Shown: positions 13,204 to 25,185, counted from the whole stretch's first letter. The stretch is 63,427 bases of DNA, filler included, from Sphacelaria rigidula (GCA_964200075.2; 8 parts of 8 records of this genome joined end to end with filler, not necessarily neighbours in it); one strand, 5' to 3'. Made by a program: numbers and translations. The notes: a model not told the origin generated them from the sequence alone.

Positions 13204-16085
13204 ATCCAAACACTCATTTCCATAACCTCTCAACTCGAATAATTGTGCACATGACCGATCCGTTCCACCTGGAGTAGCGTTCCTTGGAGAACCCTAGTGT
13301 TTCCGGTGTCGGGGAGCAGCCGGTTCCCGTTCTAGTTTTTTACTTCTCAGGCCTGTCTTGCCTGACTTCTTTTCTGGTGTCGCCAACGTGAAGAAGGCGT
13401 ACCGCCAGGGTAGACAAACTAAGGAGGAGGCTGCCTCGGGAGATGTCGTCCTGATGCCGAAGGCACTCCTAGGCTGGCGATGATTTCCTCTTGTATATAG
13501 GCAAGAAGTTAGGTCAGACGAGAAGTGGTCACCTTGGTGCGACCAGTTCCTCGAGGGATGTTGGATCGTCCTAATCTCAGGCTCTTCCTGGTATCACCCC
13601 AAGTTATCTAGTTTTGCTGGCATTACAGGGTCCTCAATATTCTGGTCCTTCCGCACTGTTCCTACCTTGTACCTGCTTGTGCTGGTTCTTCATACATGTC
13701 AGTCTCCGTCATGTCACTGCGAAGAGGTAACTTCCACATATGCGCTTGAACGGGGTCTACCCTCGAAAGGGATTAATTGCATCACGAAAGCCCATTCAAA
13801 TGATAATGACTACTCATTCAGGTACTCTCGGATATTGCAGCAACGGAATTGCCGATTACGCTTCAAGTGCCATTCATTGGGTTTCAACACAGAATGTGGC
13901 CCTCATGTGTTTGCCTTAGCGCCATAGCCAACTGGAGAGGCCGCCTACCGTGGAAGACACATACAAGTTCAGGAATACACCGTAGTTTTGGCTAACCATT
14001 GCTATACACGTTGGATTTTGGCTAACATGACATCTTGCCGTCGAATACTTCGTATCGTGCTGTACCGTCGGATACGATACGGCACGTCAGTGGCGCACAG
14101 CTGATAGAGATTAGTTGCCACAGAGTTATCATTTCATCAGAAAAATAGAGTACATTGCAGTGAGTGTCAGCATAGCACAAGGCAGTGAAACTAGACCATA
14201 CTACATGTGGTTTATGTACTGACTCTATTTTTCTTACATCATACTTTGAACCCCTCCCCTACCTCGGGACAAGTTCGCCGTTTCAGGGGATCAACCCATT
14301 TAGCACTCGGTACATGCCTGACATCTTACTACTGCGGATTGGATCAACATTTCTGCACCGCGTCAACTTTCGTCAATGTTTCTTCGCTACTGACGCCCTC
14401 ACGTGTTCAACGACGGAAATTACACACTCCTGAGAAAGAAAGACGCGCAGCACTGCATCTGCTGGATCGGAGCCCCTACTCCGCCATTACCCCCCCTCCC
14501 CAAATGAGTACTCCGCCATTACCGGTTCCAAGATACTTCGAAGTACCGGTTGGACGACCGAGGCGCGGCGGCTGTACGCACGCGGATAATCGTACGGGTG
14601 TGTGTACGAACGCGTGTAGCCTCCTTATATAGCGTAGCGTGAGATAGTACCACTTTCCCTTCCATCGGACAGCTTACCGGCATCTTCTTCAGCAAATTTC
14701 TTAGCGTGTATCATCTGCGTGTACGCCAGATGCGTGCCGTGCCGTCGAACCAAATATCGAAATGCCTGGCGGAAGGGGAGGACAGGGCAGGACGACAAAG
14801 ATCGCCATCGTCAACGGCACACACAGCTTGGTTTGAACATCGCAACTGAATGTACTGTTCGTGCAGCTTGACTTACCATTGTGGGAATCTGGTGTTCTCA
14901 CGTGTGATCTGAGAGCTATCACGGAGCAACTCTGCTACCATGCTAATGTGCAGGACAACCCAGTGACAGCAGTGATCACGCGAGTTCGCCCCCTTAAAAG
15001 GGTTGGGAGTACGGTAAGGGTTAGGGTTAAATGAAACAAAAACGACAATATGACACCTACGGATCGCAGGGAATCAACTAAGAAAGGCCCACCTCGGACG
15101 ACTAGGGCAAGGGAATCGGCACCTCATATGAGTGTGAGGTGTGAGGAGACTCAACCGCACGAAATCGCCCTTCGGTAACGTACGAGGACGGCCGTCCGTG
15201 CGTACCATATGGTAGTTGAGAGCACAGTACCCCCCATTACTAAAACTGTTGGTTGAACAGCAACCCAATAGTGGATACTACAGTTCATTCAATGGCTGCA
15301 CTGTTCTGTACACGTACCGTATTGCACTACACGGTGGCATGGACAGCAGCGCTACAGTAGTGGGCGGTCAAACTATTCATTTTGTGGTATTTTGTGATTT
15401 TTTCGTAATTGGCGATTTTCTGTGACTCTTTTCGCTTGCCACCGCCAATCACATCGGGTATCTGAAGATGTGTGTATCTGCTCCACATTTCAAGAAGAAA
15501 AAATCCTGTGTACTCAATATTAGGTTACTTACGGGCTGACTGGTCATCGGGGGTCCTGCCACGTTTCAGCCCAGATTCTTACTCTTCTGTATTTTCGGTC
15601 GATCAAGCCCGTCCCGATCATATTTGCCAAGAAATGTACAGTTTTATTTTTTCGAAATTCTGCCTTCTCATTGCAATTGAGTCGAAAAACTGTGTTTCAC
15701 TGTCAATAACACCCTCCTGATGAACGAGGTATTTACTCTTTTCGCCTGATAACACCAACTAACGCTGACTTGGGCACTGTTTTTNNNNNNNNNNNNNNNN
15801 NNNNNNNNNNNNNNNNNNNNNNNNNNNNTTAATTAATTAANNNNNNNNNNNNNNNNNNNNNNNNNNNNNNNNNNNNNNNNNNNNCCCCGGCTATGTCACC
15901 CTCTTCGTCTCTTCATTGCGGTCAGTATGATACCATATGTGCGACTATTGGGTGCGTATTGCGGAAGGCATTTGCTGATGACACAATTTTGAGTGATCAC
16001 CGTGAACCAGCCTGTATACTATTTTCAAGTGAATGTTGATGCCGATTCAGCAGGTGACCTACCCTCGCGGCCAAAGGGATAATGC

Positions 16086-16286
16086 TCGACGAGGGAAAGG
16101 GACTGCTGAACCCCTCTCGTGATAAAAAACTAAGGCGACCACCGCCGAAGGAGGGTGGAGAACCGAAAAAAAAGAAAAGAGAAAACTCCTGTGTTGGCCT
16201 TACTCCTGTGTGCCCCGGCTGGTGCGCCCACAAATACCGAAAGGTGTAGACCAACGTCCAGAACAGATGGAACGACAACACACACT
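16086..16286 (+). mobile_element. 5'-truncated copy of the same SINE
   Basis: Shares the body and ACAACACAC tail with 22885-23099. Other truncated copies lie at ~7190-7290 (-), ~16562-16720 (-), ~28955-29045 (+), ~42290-42432 (+) and ~56078-56168 (+). Confidence 0.85.
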
Positions 16287-18370
16287 GTCGTACGCAAATT
16301 AAGGACACTCACTTGCTGAGCCAGAGAGAACTGGACTTTAGACAGATGCCGCGCGGCCTTGTAGAAAGCCAGCAGCAGCGTATCACCACTGATGGCTTCC
16401 GAGATCGACTTGCCAGTCTCTGCGGTGACCCATTTGGTCACCTGTGAACAAGGGGTACAGTAGTCGTACGGTTGCGCTTCATGTACAAGGATTGCCGTTC
16501 GCGGTTTTCGTAGGGTTGAGTGAAATGTACGAGCAGACAAAAGCATGGGTGCACTCTAACATTGTGTGTTTGTTGTACCCCATATATTCCGGACACCAGT
16601 ACGTGGGCGCATCAACCGGGGTCACACAGGAGGAAGGCCGACACACAGGAACTTTTTTTCTGTTAGGTACTCCACCTTCCTTTTGCGGTGCTTACCTTAC
16701 TTTTCTCGTCGCGAGAAGGTAACATTACCTACAGTAAAAATGCACATGGAAATGGGGACATTTAATGATGGCAGCATGCAGAGTACAAAAGAGAAGCAGC
16801 GCACAGTCGTCGTCGTCGCCGCCAGCTGTACCCCATCGTGTGCTGGTGTACCCTCGTATGTCCACCAAATTTCAAAACATGATGGGCGTAACATGCCATG
16901 CGTCTTGAAGCGACAAACTGAGATACAGTGGGTTGTAGCGTCCGTGGGCTTGGGCATGCTGCCATGCAGTCCGCGTTTGTGCGAGCTCGGAGGGGGGGGG
17001 GGTGGGGGAGGTACTCTTGTTGCTTGCCGTAGTCGTTTGACCACTGACCACGCATCTCTTTCGGGACGCTCATGACGTTTCTTCCATGACACAAGAACAT
17101 TTTACATATCTTATCCCCTTCCTGTTTCGCCATCTATGGCCACCATCTATCCACTAGAATGGGGATCCTCCCTGTATAGCTCACACCCCGCCAACATATG
17201 AGTTCCACTCTCTATGACTTCACCACAGGGGCAATTCTGTGCATCTACTTCCGCCTCCACTCGACTACTGGTATACCTCTTCGTGCTGGAAAGTGCGGGT
17301 AAGTGGGGGGAGGGGTGGGGCACATCCTGTTCGCCTCTCCCGGGCTACCGTAAGGATAGTGGGAGGCCCGAAGTCGTCTTGTGTTGTCCCACCACACAGG
17401 GAATGTGCTACACAACCTTTCACGCACTTTCGATTCTTTGCGCGCCCTCTGTTATCTTTGTCGGTACATACAGCGGGGTGCCTTATGCAAAACGCACTAT
17501 ACATGGCAGGCGTCAGACTCATGGTGTGTCCCACATGGAGAATGTGCGTTGTTCAGGACAAATCGATATCAGGGGTGTACAGGAAGCACTGTAAGCTACT
17601 GTTGTGCTCCCAACGGGGCGCCTTCTGGGCAAGTTATAATGAGGCGTTTGTCGGTGCTGTATTGCCACCGAACACATGCCTTTTCGATCCTCCCACGTAC
17701 TTTGGCCCTACAGTCGATTGTCAACAGTGGTGGTGCACGGGCACGGTATAGGACCCAATCAGATCTCGTCGTGCACTTCCCCCCCCCCCCTTTTCCTTGC
17801 TTTTTTTTCCTCCCATGTCGGCGATTTGGGAGTTGATTCGGCGGGGTTGCCGGACCAACACGTCCACCATGCATACCGACGTGGCAATCACCGCATACGT
17901 CGACATAATCAACCACCTTCACCACGGCGCGTCTAATCGCGGACGACGTCTGGATTTGTATCGACTCTTGTGCCGTTGATGCAAGCAGTATGTACCGGTG
18001 AGGGCAACATGTGCGCTTTTCACACTGAAAAGTGAAAGAGTACCCCGAATGCTCGGCTTTTCTGCTGGTGTGCACCATACAAGGGAGGTGCAGACGTCCC
18101 TCGCATAAAGCCCACGTTCTTGGAAGATCGTCAATACCTTAGAAATGAAGCAAAGATCGTTTCGGTTAGAGTACGAGTACTACAACGGTACACTTTCCAA
18201 GGCTTTGCACCTTAAACGTTCACGTTTCACTTTTCACACAAGTTAAGCGAGGCCAGCACTATGGTGGGGGATCACGTGGGAAGCCCTGATTTGGTTTTGA
18301 AAATTACTGAAAATAATGCCGATTTACAAAAACAAAAATCGTCAACGGGTTCCAAGCGGGTCAACACTTT

Positions 18371-18472
18371 CCCTTTGATCGCGAGGGTAAGTCACCTGCT
18401 GAACTGGCATCAATATTCACTTGAAAAAAGTATACATGATCCAGATATACTACCCGCACCGCGGTCTAAGGG
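18371..18472. mobile_element. ~100-bp piggyBac-type MITE
   Basis: CCCTT.GA.CGCG ... CGCGGTCTAAGGG followed by TTAA. A second copy at 21250-21344 lies between TTAA and TCAA, and a partial copy at ~16000-16080. Confidence 0.7.
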
Positions 18473-18477
18473 TTAAA

Positions 18478-20246
18478 CCCTTTTGGAACCGTTGATGGAA
18501 AATTGACGATTTATATTTGACGTTTTTCGGGCAATAAATGGTTTTTTTCTCAGCCTTTGAGCAAACGATTCGCCCAGAGCGTGTTTTTCAGACCCGTGCG
18601 AATGGAACGTGGAAGAAGGTTGGAAGGTTCTCTATTTTACGGGTACTGTATGACGAATTGTTCGACCCGTCGGTGTTTTCCAACCCTGGCCAGAGTGCAC
18701 AGCTGACTGTTCGTGAAGCAATCTTCACGCCGCACCTCCAGTAGATGCTTTGCACCGCATCATAGAAAGCCTGCGCCTAAGTTGCAATAACAAAGGCGAA
18801 ACCCACGGTACATTTACCTCACTTATGCCCCCCGTCTACTGTCTGTATTCGCAGACAGTCACCATCAGGCCCTGTGGGGATGTGTTCACCAATTTCTCTG
18901 TACTGCGTGTGATCATGATATTTTCATCTTATGTCAAGGGTAAACTCACGTCATGCACGCTACTGTACTCTGTCGTACGCGTTCATACGGCACCATACTG
19001 CGGTTTGATCATTCCATAGCGGCGAGGATGATTTCATGTACCCCGCCGTTATACATACTCCTAGTGCAGCGTAGGCAAGGGCCGTTACTTTGGATCCGAT
19101 ACAGGCTGTCACGTTGTAGGCTGTGATCGTACGGCAAATCTCATCCTGCGCTTTGTGATGTACGTTTCCACGAAACCACCTCTATACTGCGGGTTGGTCA
19201 TGCCTGAACGTTGCACAGACGTACTTTGTGCTGCGAGAGGTGTATTACTCTGGCTGGCGCTATCGCGGTTGGGTCGTCTGTCCTAGTGGGCGGCGATGGG
19301 GTTTTATGCAATGATATTGCATACCTTCTGTCCCCTGGCATGGAAGACCGTAACATCGTTATTCAGTTACACTGGACTGTAGAGAAGTGTTTTTAATTAT
19401 TGCAGTTGTAGTTGGGTTAGGCTGGTTGCGAAAGGCTGTCCCGATCGGTTGTCGGCCGATTGCTAGTATACCGCCTGTCTGGACGCTTGCAATCATAGGT
19501 CCGCCTGGTGTCTCCCACGTAATTCTGCGTGCCTCGCAGCGTTTTCACTTGCCGCGGTTACTGTGTTGACGTTTGGTAAGCGAGCGGGGGGGGAGGTGCG
19601 CCGGGGGGCAATAGGCTGCCCCAACCGCTCTTGCGGTATTTTCAGCGAAACGCATGGCAGCGTCCTGGCCGTGCTTCTCAGCCACCTCTTCCAGCTGAAC
19701 GTGAATTGCATATGGGTCGTTCTTCAGCGCTTCCACACGTGGCGACGGGATTTCCACGTGCTCCGCCATATCATTGTCGCCGGTCGTGTAGTGTGGCTTC
19801 CTACGGTCGCGAAGTGTTGATGATGAGCCCACCAAAACGGTGCACCATTCTAATTTCGAGTATACTAGTGCGCCGCTCTAACTTCCAGCATACTAATGTC
19901 ACGGGTTCGTGCACCGCACTCGGATTGACGTATTTCACAGATTTTACCCACAAAAAATACATGTGTAGGAGTTTGTACTGTTTTGCGAGAGTTTCGTCGA
20001 TGAACACAGTTGGACACAGTTGGACACACTTCGCCCGTCGCGTGATATCATTGGACAAACCCAACCCAACCGCTCCGGGGTTTCATTTTCGGTACATCCA
20101 TGACGTGTGCGTCTGGACTCTTCTTTGGTCTTCAACAGTAAAAATGTTTGCCGTCGGTCTTTTCTGTTTCCATATTTTCTTCTTTGTCAGGGTTTCTCAT
20201 AATGAGGCGTGTGGCCCGGGGACGGGAGGGGAGGGTTCCAAAAGGG
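18478..20246. mobile_element. Non-autonomous piggyBac-type element (1.77 kb)
   Basis: Perfect 13-bp TIRs CCCTTTTGGAACC / GGTTCCAAAAGGG. TTAA lies at 18473-18476 (one extra A before the TIR) and at 20247-20250. No transposase motifs recognised inside. Confidence 0.75.
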
Positions 20247-21150
20247 TTAAACAGGGCTCCCCCAGTTGGTTCCGTGGTCCCTACCGTAGTACCAGCCTGG
20301 CTTGACTTTCGAAACGCGAACGTGTAACGTGCAAAGCCTTGATATTTTCGGAAGTCGATGCCCCAGGCCATGTGGAGTACCCAGTATTTTCGGCAGTCAG
20401 TACTACGGGTGCTCTGGGAAACTCGACATTTGGAGAAGTCGGTGCCCTGGGTACTGTGTAACACTCCTCATTTTACTGATTGCACCGAGTACGACACTGA
20501 GTTTTGTTGGATCGCGGGGGTTCCAGGTATTACTTATTCGGCATTGTCTGCAGTCGGTGCTTCAAGTAATCCGGAATACCTAGTATAGGGGTGTAGGTAG
20601 TCTAGGTACTCGAAGTACTGAGCATTTAGTGAATACACCGAGTACGACACCGAGTACTCCGGGGGGACGGATACTCCGGGTACCATGAAGTACTGAGTAC
20701 TGCGAATCCTCAGGTGTTACAGAGTACCTGCAGAGTCCTACTCTACCGCATCGATATTCTACGATGAAGGCAGAAGGCAAATTGACGCATAAGAGCGTAT
20801 AACGCTAAAAAAAGCACTCTTCAGCGTCCGGCGTCCCCTCCGCTTCTGATGTGAACTGGACACAGATATCGGAATAAGAGGTTTAGGGTATAGTTTTACC
20901 GTCTCACTCGTGAGTGACGCTGTATGTAGATCTAGGGAGATCACCCGAACCCAGTCTATGAGCGTCTGCAAAACCGCTGACATTGTTGCACAATATGCTG
21001 TTGAACAGCACAGGAAATAACAGCACAGTCAGTACGGTATTGATGTAAGGATGGAATCACTCGAGTACAGTATATACCTGCACGAATGACTCGTTTTTTT
21101 CTTGGTGCCCAGGAGACAGGTGGGAAGTTTCACCAATCACTTCACTATTC

Positions 21151-21444
21151 CAAGGGCCTTACTCGTACACGTTACATGTTTCTCGTCAAAAGCTAAGCCA
21201 GGCCAGTACTACGGTGGGGGATAGGGATCACGTGAGGAGCTCGGTTTAACCCTTAGACTGCGAGGGTCGTCTACCTGGACCATGGATACTTTTTTCAAGT
21301 AAAATTGATGCCGATTCCACGCATGCCCTCTCGCTGTCTAGGGGTCAAAAGTCGGGTCAAATCAGGTCCCCTTACCGTATTACTAGCCTAGCTTGACTTC
21401 TGACGTGAAACGTGAATCTTGAACATGTAACGTGTAGGGCCCTG
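21151..21444. mobile_element. Second, more degenerate element with 5S-like inverted arms
   Basis: Arm 21151-21245 (AAAGCTAAGCCAGGCCAGTACTACGGTGGGGGA...) and the inverted arm 21362-21444 bracket a piggyBac-type MITE. The TSD is not convincing. Confidence 0.6.
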
Positions 21445-22237
21445 ACCATTTCCAGTTCCGTACGGCGCTTTCGAGTGCGCTCCATCTCGCCGCCGCCTCG
21501 AGCTCAGCCCTCAAACCAAGTCGCATGTGAGCGGTCCGGTGAACGGGTAGGTACCGAGGTCAGGGTGCCCCCTCACCCAGATATTTTCGAATTTGAATGG
21601 TCCATCACCACGCAAACCTCCCCGTACTGTCCCCCAGCTCGTTCCTGTACATGAGTCACCTGATCCATCCGGACGTTGGTCCTTAGTAGCTCAGCGACAA
21701 GATGAAACAAACCCTCATGGACTCGTCAGGCCGTCGCTTCACGCTCGTATGCGGTTATCAACTTATTGACTCACGGGCGGTTCATATTGTACACTCTACT
21801 GCGGTACTGACTGTACTGTATCTGCTAAAGGAGGCTCGACTTGCGCAAAAAAACGATGTGCGGCGGTTTCATTTCCGAATGTGACTCAACTTGAAAAAAA
21901 CAAACAGAGTAAGGACAAGTCTAACTCGAGTCCTCCGAGTCATGATTGCTTCCTCATGACTCGAGCGACTGAACCCTTGGCCGCCATGTATCGTACGAGT
22001 ATCATAATCAGTTTTACCCAAACTGTGAGTTCGGGACCTAGATGGCACACGCGGACTGTCAGGGGATCGAGTCCAAGGAGTCATGGCTTATTTGCGATGT
22101 CTCGTAGGACTCGAGTCCTGACTCGAAAGAGTCCGACTTACGCGAGTCAGGTGTAACTCGTTGGATTAGTACATCAACTCGGTGACGTATATATGTTGAA
22201 AATACGTGTTTTTATTACCTCACTACTTCACTATATG

Positions 22238-22452
22238 TAGAGGTATCTCGAACTCGGCTCCCGGTATCCTGGTATATTCGCTGGCTCTGAGCTTGTGCGA
22301 TATTTGTTGTAGTGAAAATGATCGCGATTCATAGGAGGAGCTGACCTGACGATGAAAGGGTCTCATCATCTGATGAATCGCCGTCACTTTCACTTGAAAA
22401 AATATAATAAAACAAACCAGGATACCGGGAGTCTAGTTTGAGATACCCCTTA
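22238..22452. mobile_element. MITE-like element with ~35-bp imperfect TIRs
   Basis: GGTATCTCGAACTCGGCTCCCGGTATCCTGGT and ACCAGGATACCGGGAGTCTAGTTTGAGATACC are reverse complements with few mismatches. Confidence 0.65.
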
Positions 22453-22740
22453 CACTGTAGAGAGTATCGTCCCATTTTCAATTTTTGGTCCTCAAAAATA
22501 TCAAGTTTGCCCTTTGAACGCAACAAGAGTATAGAGTTTACCCTTCGATCGCCACTGTGGGTTATTCCGTGTGGATCACGCACTTATTTCCAAGTGGAAA
22601 CGATGCCGATTCAACAGATAAATTATCGTGGCTTTGAAAGGATTAACTACTTTTTCAAGTGAAAGTCGTGCCGATACACCAGAGGACAGATGGCCTACTC
22701 TGGTGGTCGAATGGTCATGTGAGCTGACTCTACTGTGGTC

Positions 22741-23099
22741 ATCGCGGTGGCTCAGTTGGTAACCTCGAAACCTTCTGACGGTTGAGTCGTGGGTTCAATT
22801 CTCGGAGCGATCTGGGATTTTTTGTCACAACATGCCCACCATTGGAGAGCGACCATGCCGTGGGTACACCAAATTCGACTTCACGGTCGACGAGGGAAAG
22901 GGAGTGCAGAACCCCTGTCGCGATAAAAAATAAAAGGCAAGCACCGCAGAAGGAAAGTGGGTACTAAAAACAAATAAAAATGAAAAACCTCCTACGTTGA
23001 CCTTCCTCCTGTATGACCCCGGCTGGTGCGCCCACATATACCGAAAGGTGTAGGCCGGCGCCCATAATAGATGGGATGGCAACACACACAACACATACA
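22741..23099 (+). mobile_element. tRNA-derived SINE, apparently full-length copy
   Basis: A-box TGGCTCAGTTGG (22748), B-box GGTTCAATTC (22792) and ATCGC/GCGAT closing stem. The body contains CCTCCTGT.TGACCCCGGCTGGTGCGCCCACATATACCGAAAGGTGTAG, and the tail is CA-rich. Confidence 0.8.
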
Positions 23100-24034
23100 G
23101 TAATAGACGTGACATTTTTTCAAACGGTGGAACGAAGAAAACTGAAGGGAAAAAAAAACGGGTGCGTCTTTCTGTTCCTCAAAGAAGTGGAATGAGCTAA
23201 GTGAGCTGCCTACCTGCTCCTTCTCCATCGCGGCGGCTTGCCTCCGCGCCTCTTCCGCCTCGGCCTCGAGACGCCTCTTCCGGTTTTCCTCGTCTCGAAA
23301 GGCTCTCAACTCTTCGCCTGCCAGCGGTACTCGAACGGGAACCTGCTTGTTTTTTTTCGTTTTTTTAGTACTTAGTTTCAGTTTTCACTCGTGTGCAGTA
23401 GGAGGGGGTTGGGCAGCGAAAAATTGTAGGCACGCAAGAAGGCGCTTCCATCAACAACACACAGTGCTTCAACAACGTATGTATGTATGTTATTCCTGTC
23501 CCATAAGTCTGTATCGTTATGGACGTTTAGTCGTGTGGGTATTTCAATGCTCACGATCATGCTACAGTTGGGCTCCTTAGAGAGATAACATACAGACGAA
23601 GCTGACTGAGAAAAAAAAAGGAAAAGAAAAAACTTGTTTTCAATACTAAAATCATATCAAAATATACCCCATTTTGGCCCTTTTGGGTCCACTTATACCC
23701 CGATGTTGATGGATTTTGGACGTTTNNNNNNNNNNNNNNNNNNNNNNNNNNNNNNNNNNNNNNNNNNNNTTAATTAATTAANNNNNNNNNNNNNNNNNNN
23801 NNNNNNNNNNNNNNNNNNNNNNNNNAAACCTCTGTAAAAAATTGGCCCAAGGAAAAAAGGGTGGGGTATAGCCTGGTGGCTATGTTTGGAGTTAACTGCT
23901 AGGGACCCCAGTGCACACTCTGAAAATGAGTAAGGGAGACGAGTAACTCGAGGTTACGGTGAGAAGTGACAACACTAGAAGTTCCTGGTAGCAGTCGAAA
24001 GAGCGCTGGCAAGGGGAGTCGCCCTCCTCGGAGT

Positions 24035-24160
24035 GACGGTGACGGGGATTGAACCCCCACGACTAACTTTTCTGACGGTTCAAGAGACAACCAACTAGAC
24101 TACTGACTAGTTAGCGCTGACTAGTCAGTAGTCTAGTTGGTTGTCTCTTACACCGTCACA
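24035..24160 (-). repeat. Palindrome fused to a tRNA-type Pol III promoter (copy 2)
   Basis: Same palindrome at 24071-24160. On the minus strand it continues AAAGTTAGTCGTGGGGGTTCAATCCCCGTC, homologous to the flank of copy 1. Confidence 0.8.
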
Positions 24161-24179
24161 GACCTATCGGTATAGGAGA

Positions 24180-25180
24180 ATGAGAGTGCGTGCACCTCAG
24201 ATCGGGACCCACCTTCACAGAGACCGCACTGCACATCCAGGCGAAAAGCCAACGGTTCAAGCAGCCGATCAAGTCTTCCACGTTGATGGCGTTGTTCGCT
24301 CAGACGCAAACAATTCCATCAAAATCAAGCACCGCATCGCTGCGTGGGCATTCCTCCGAACCTCCGGCTGCAGAAGGCGGTGGTGTGAGCCATGTTGTAC
24401 GGATGTGCTGCAGGGACGCTGAGCCCAGAGGACTTCGACAGCTACCGTCCTGACCATCACCGGCTTTTGATGCAAGCTGTTGACTTCGAACGGAGGATTG
24501 TCCGGGACATATGCGTCCTTCATACAGGGCTGTGCTCGAGATGAAAACTGCGAGCGCATCGAGACGGCGACTGGTTCGCGGGGGCCCTTGTCCGGCAAGA
24601 CGAGACACGTCTTCCGAAACTCATCATGTTCGGACGGTCGGTCACACGAGGGCCAAAGGAGGCTGACCGACCTTTCAAACACTGGGGGGAACGCCTCCAG
24701 GAGAATCTGCGGGCTTTCGGAGCTGTCCCATGCGAGGAAAAACAAGGTGAAGAGGGTTCGTCTACGATAAGAAGTCCAACGACTCACGAAACTGGGTCAA
24801 CACCACGAAGAACGTGGGCAAACAACACCTGGGCGTCGAGAGAGAGTCAGAGGACTTCGAGGAGGCGTGTGAACGCCAAGACCCACGCCGATCGGACCTA
24901 GGCCACAAGCAAGACGTCTCTACGTTGAGAACCGCCAATACAAAAGCCGCAATCGCTGACACAACCGTGACAATTCGTGAGGAATCCAGGAAGGAGATGG
25001 TCAAGAGGGTGACTCGTTTGGTACCCGACCAGGGACCAAGGATGAGCGGCAGAGGCAGCGGTAACAATCAATTGATGTACCCCTGCTTCATCTTACCGGA
25101 TATCGACTTTTTCCTTGGCTTGCAACCTTAGCGTTCCACATAGACCTCGCGAGTGGAGCTTCATGCCCAAAGAGATGATA
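24180..25180 (+). mobile_element. RTE-like LINE relic (RT C-terminal region and 3' end)
   Basis: Frameshifted peptides IKHRIAAWAF, AMLYGC, CERIET, MFGR and WGERLQENLRAFGAVP are typical of the RTE-clade ORF C-terminus. Confidence 0.75.
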
Positions 25181-25185
25181 TGTCG

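Larger units (their letters stand above)
7943..13500 (-). mobile_element. Degenerate Ty3/Gypsy LTR retrotransposon with a C-terminal chromodomain
   Basis: Domain order PR-RT-RH-IN: protease-like IDSAG (~12190); RT (FNRSPFGLACSP, VYMGD; 10770-11300); RNase H (KECYAV..., LQSYDFTVKHKPGKLHVIPDTLSR; 10019-10330); integrase (HDHALSGDHLG, PEKLHSDQEAEFEN, PYFLLFGR; 8760-9730); chromodomain (8176-8450). Many stops and frameshifts. The 5' limit is approximate. Confidence 0.95.
18198..20341. mobile_element. Putative hAT-type non-autonomous element with ~90-bp inverted arms containing 5S-rRNA-like sequence
   Basis: Arms 18198-18288 and 20252-20341 are inverted (CAAGGCTTTGCAC...GTGCAAAGCCTTG). The flanking 8-mers ACACTTTC and ATATTTTC match 6/8, differing by two C/T transitions, consistent with a TSD. 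Confidence 0.65.

Noticed and set aside
15015-15030. Telomere or telomere-addition site (TAAGGGTTAGGGTTA)
   Set aside because: Only about two units, internal to dispersed repeat sequence.
18240-18288. Genuine 5S rRNA gene
   Set aside because: Only the 3' half is 5S-like, it has internal deletions, and the 5' part is unrelated repeat sequence.
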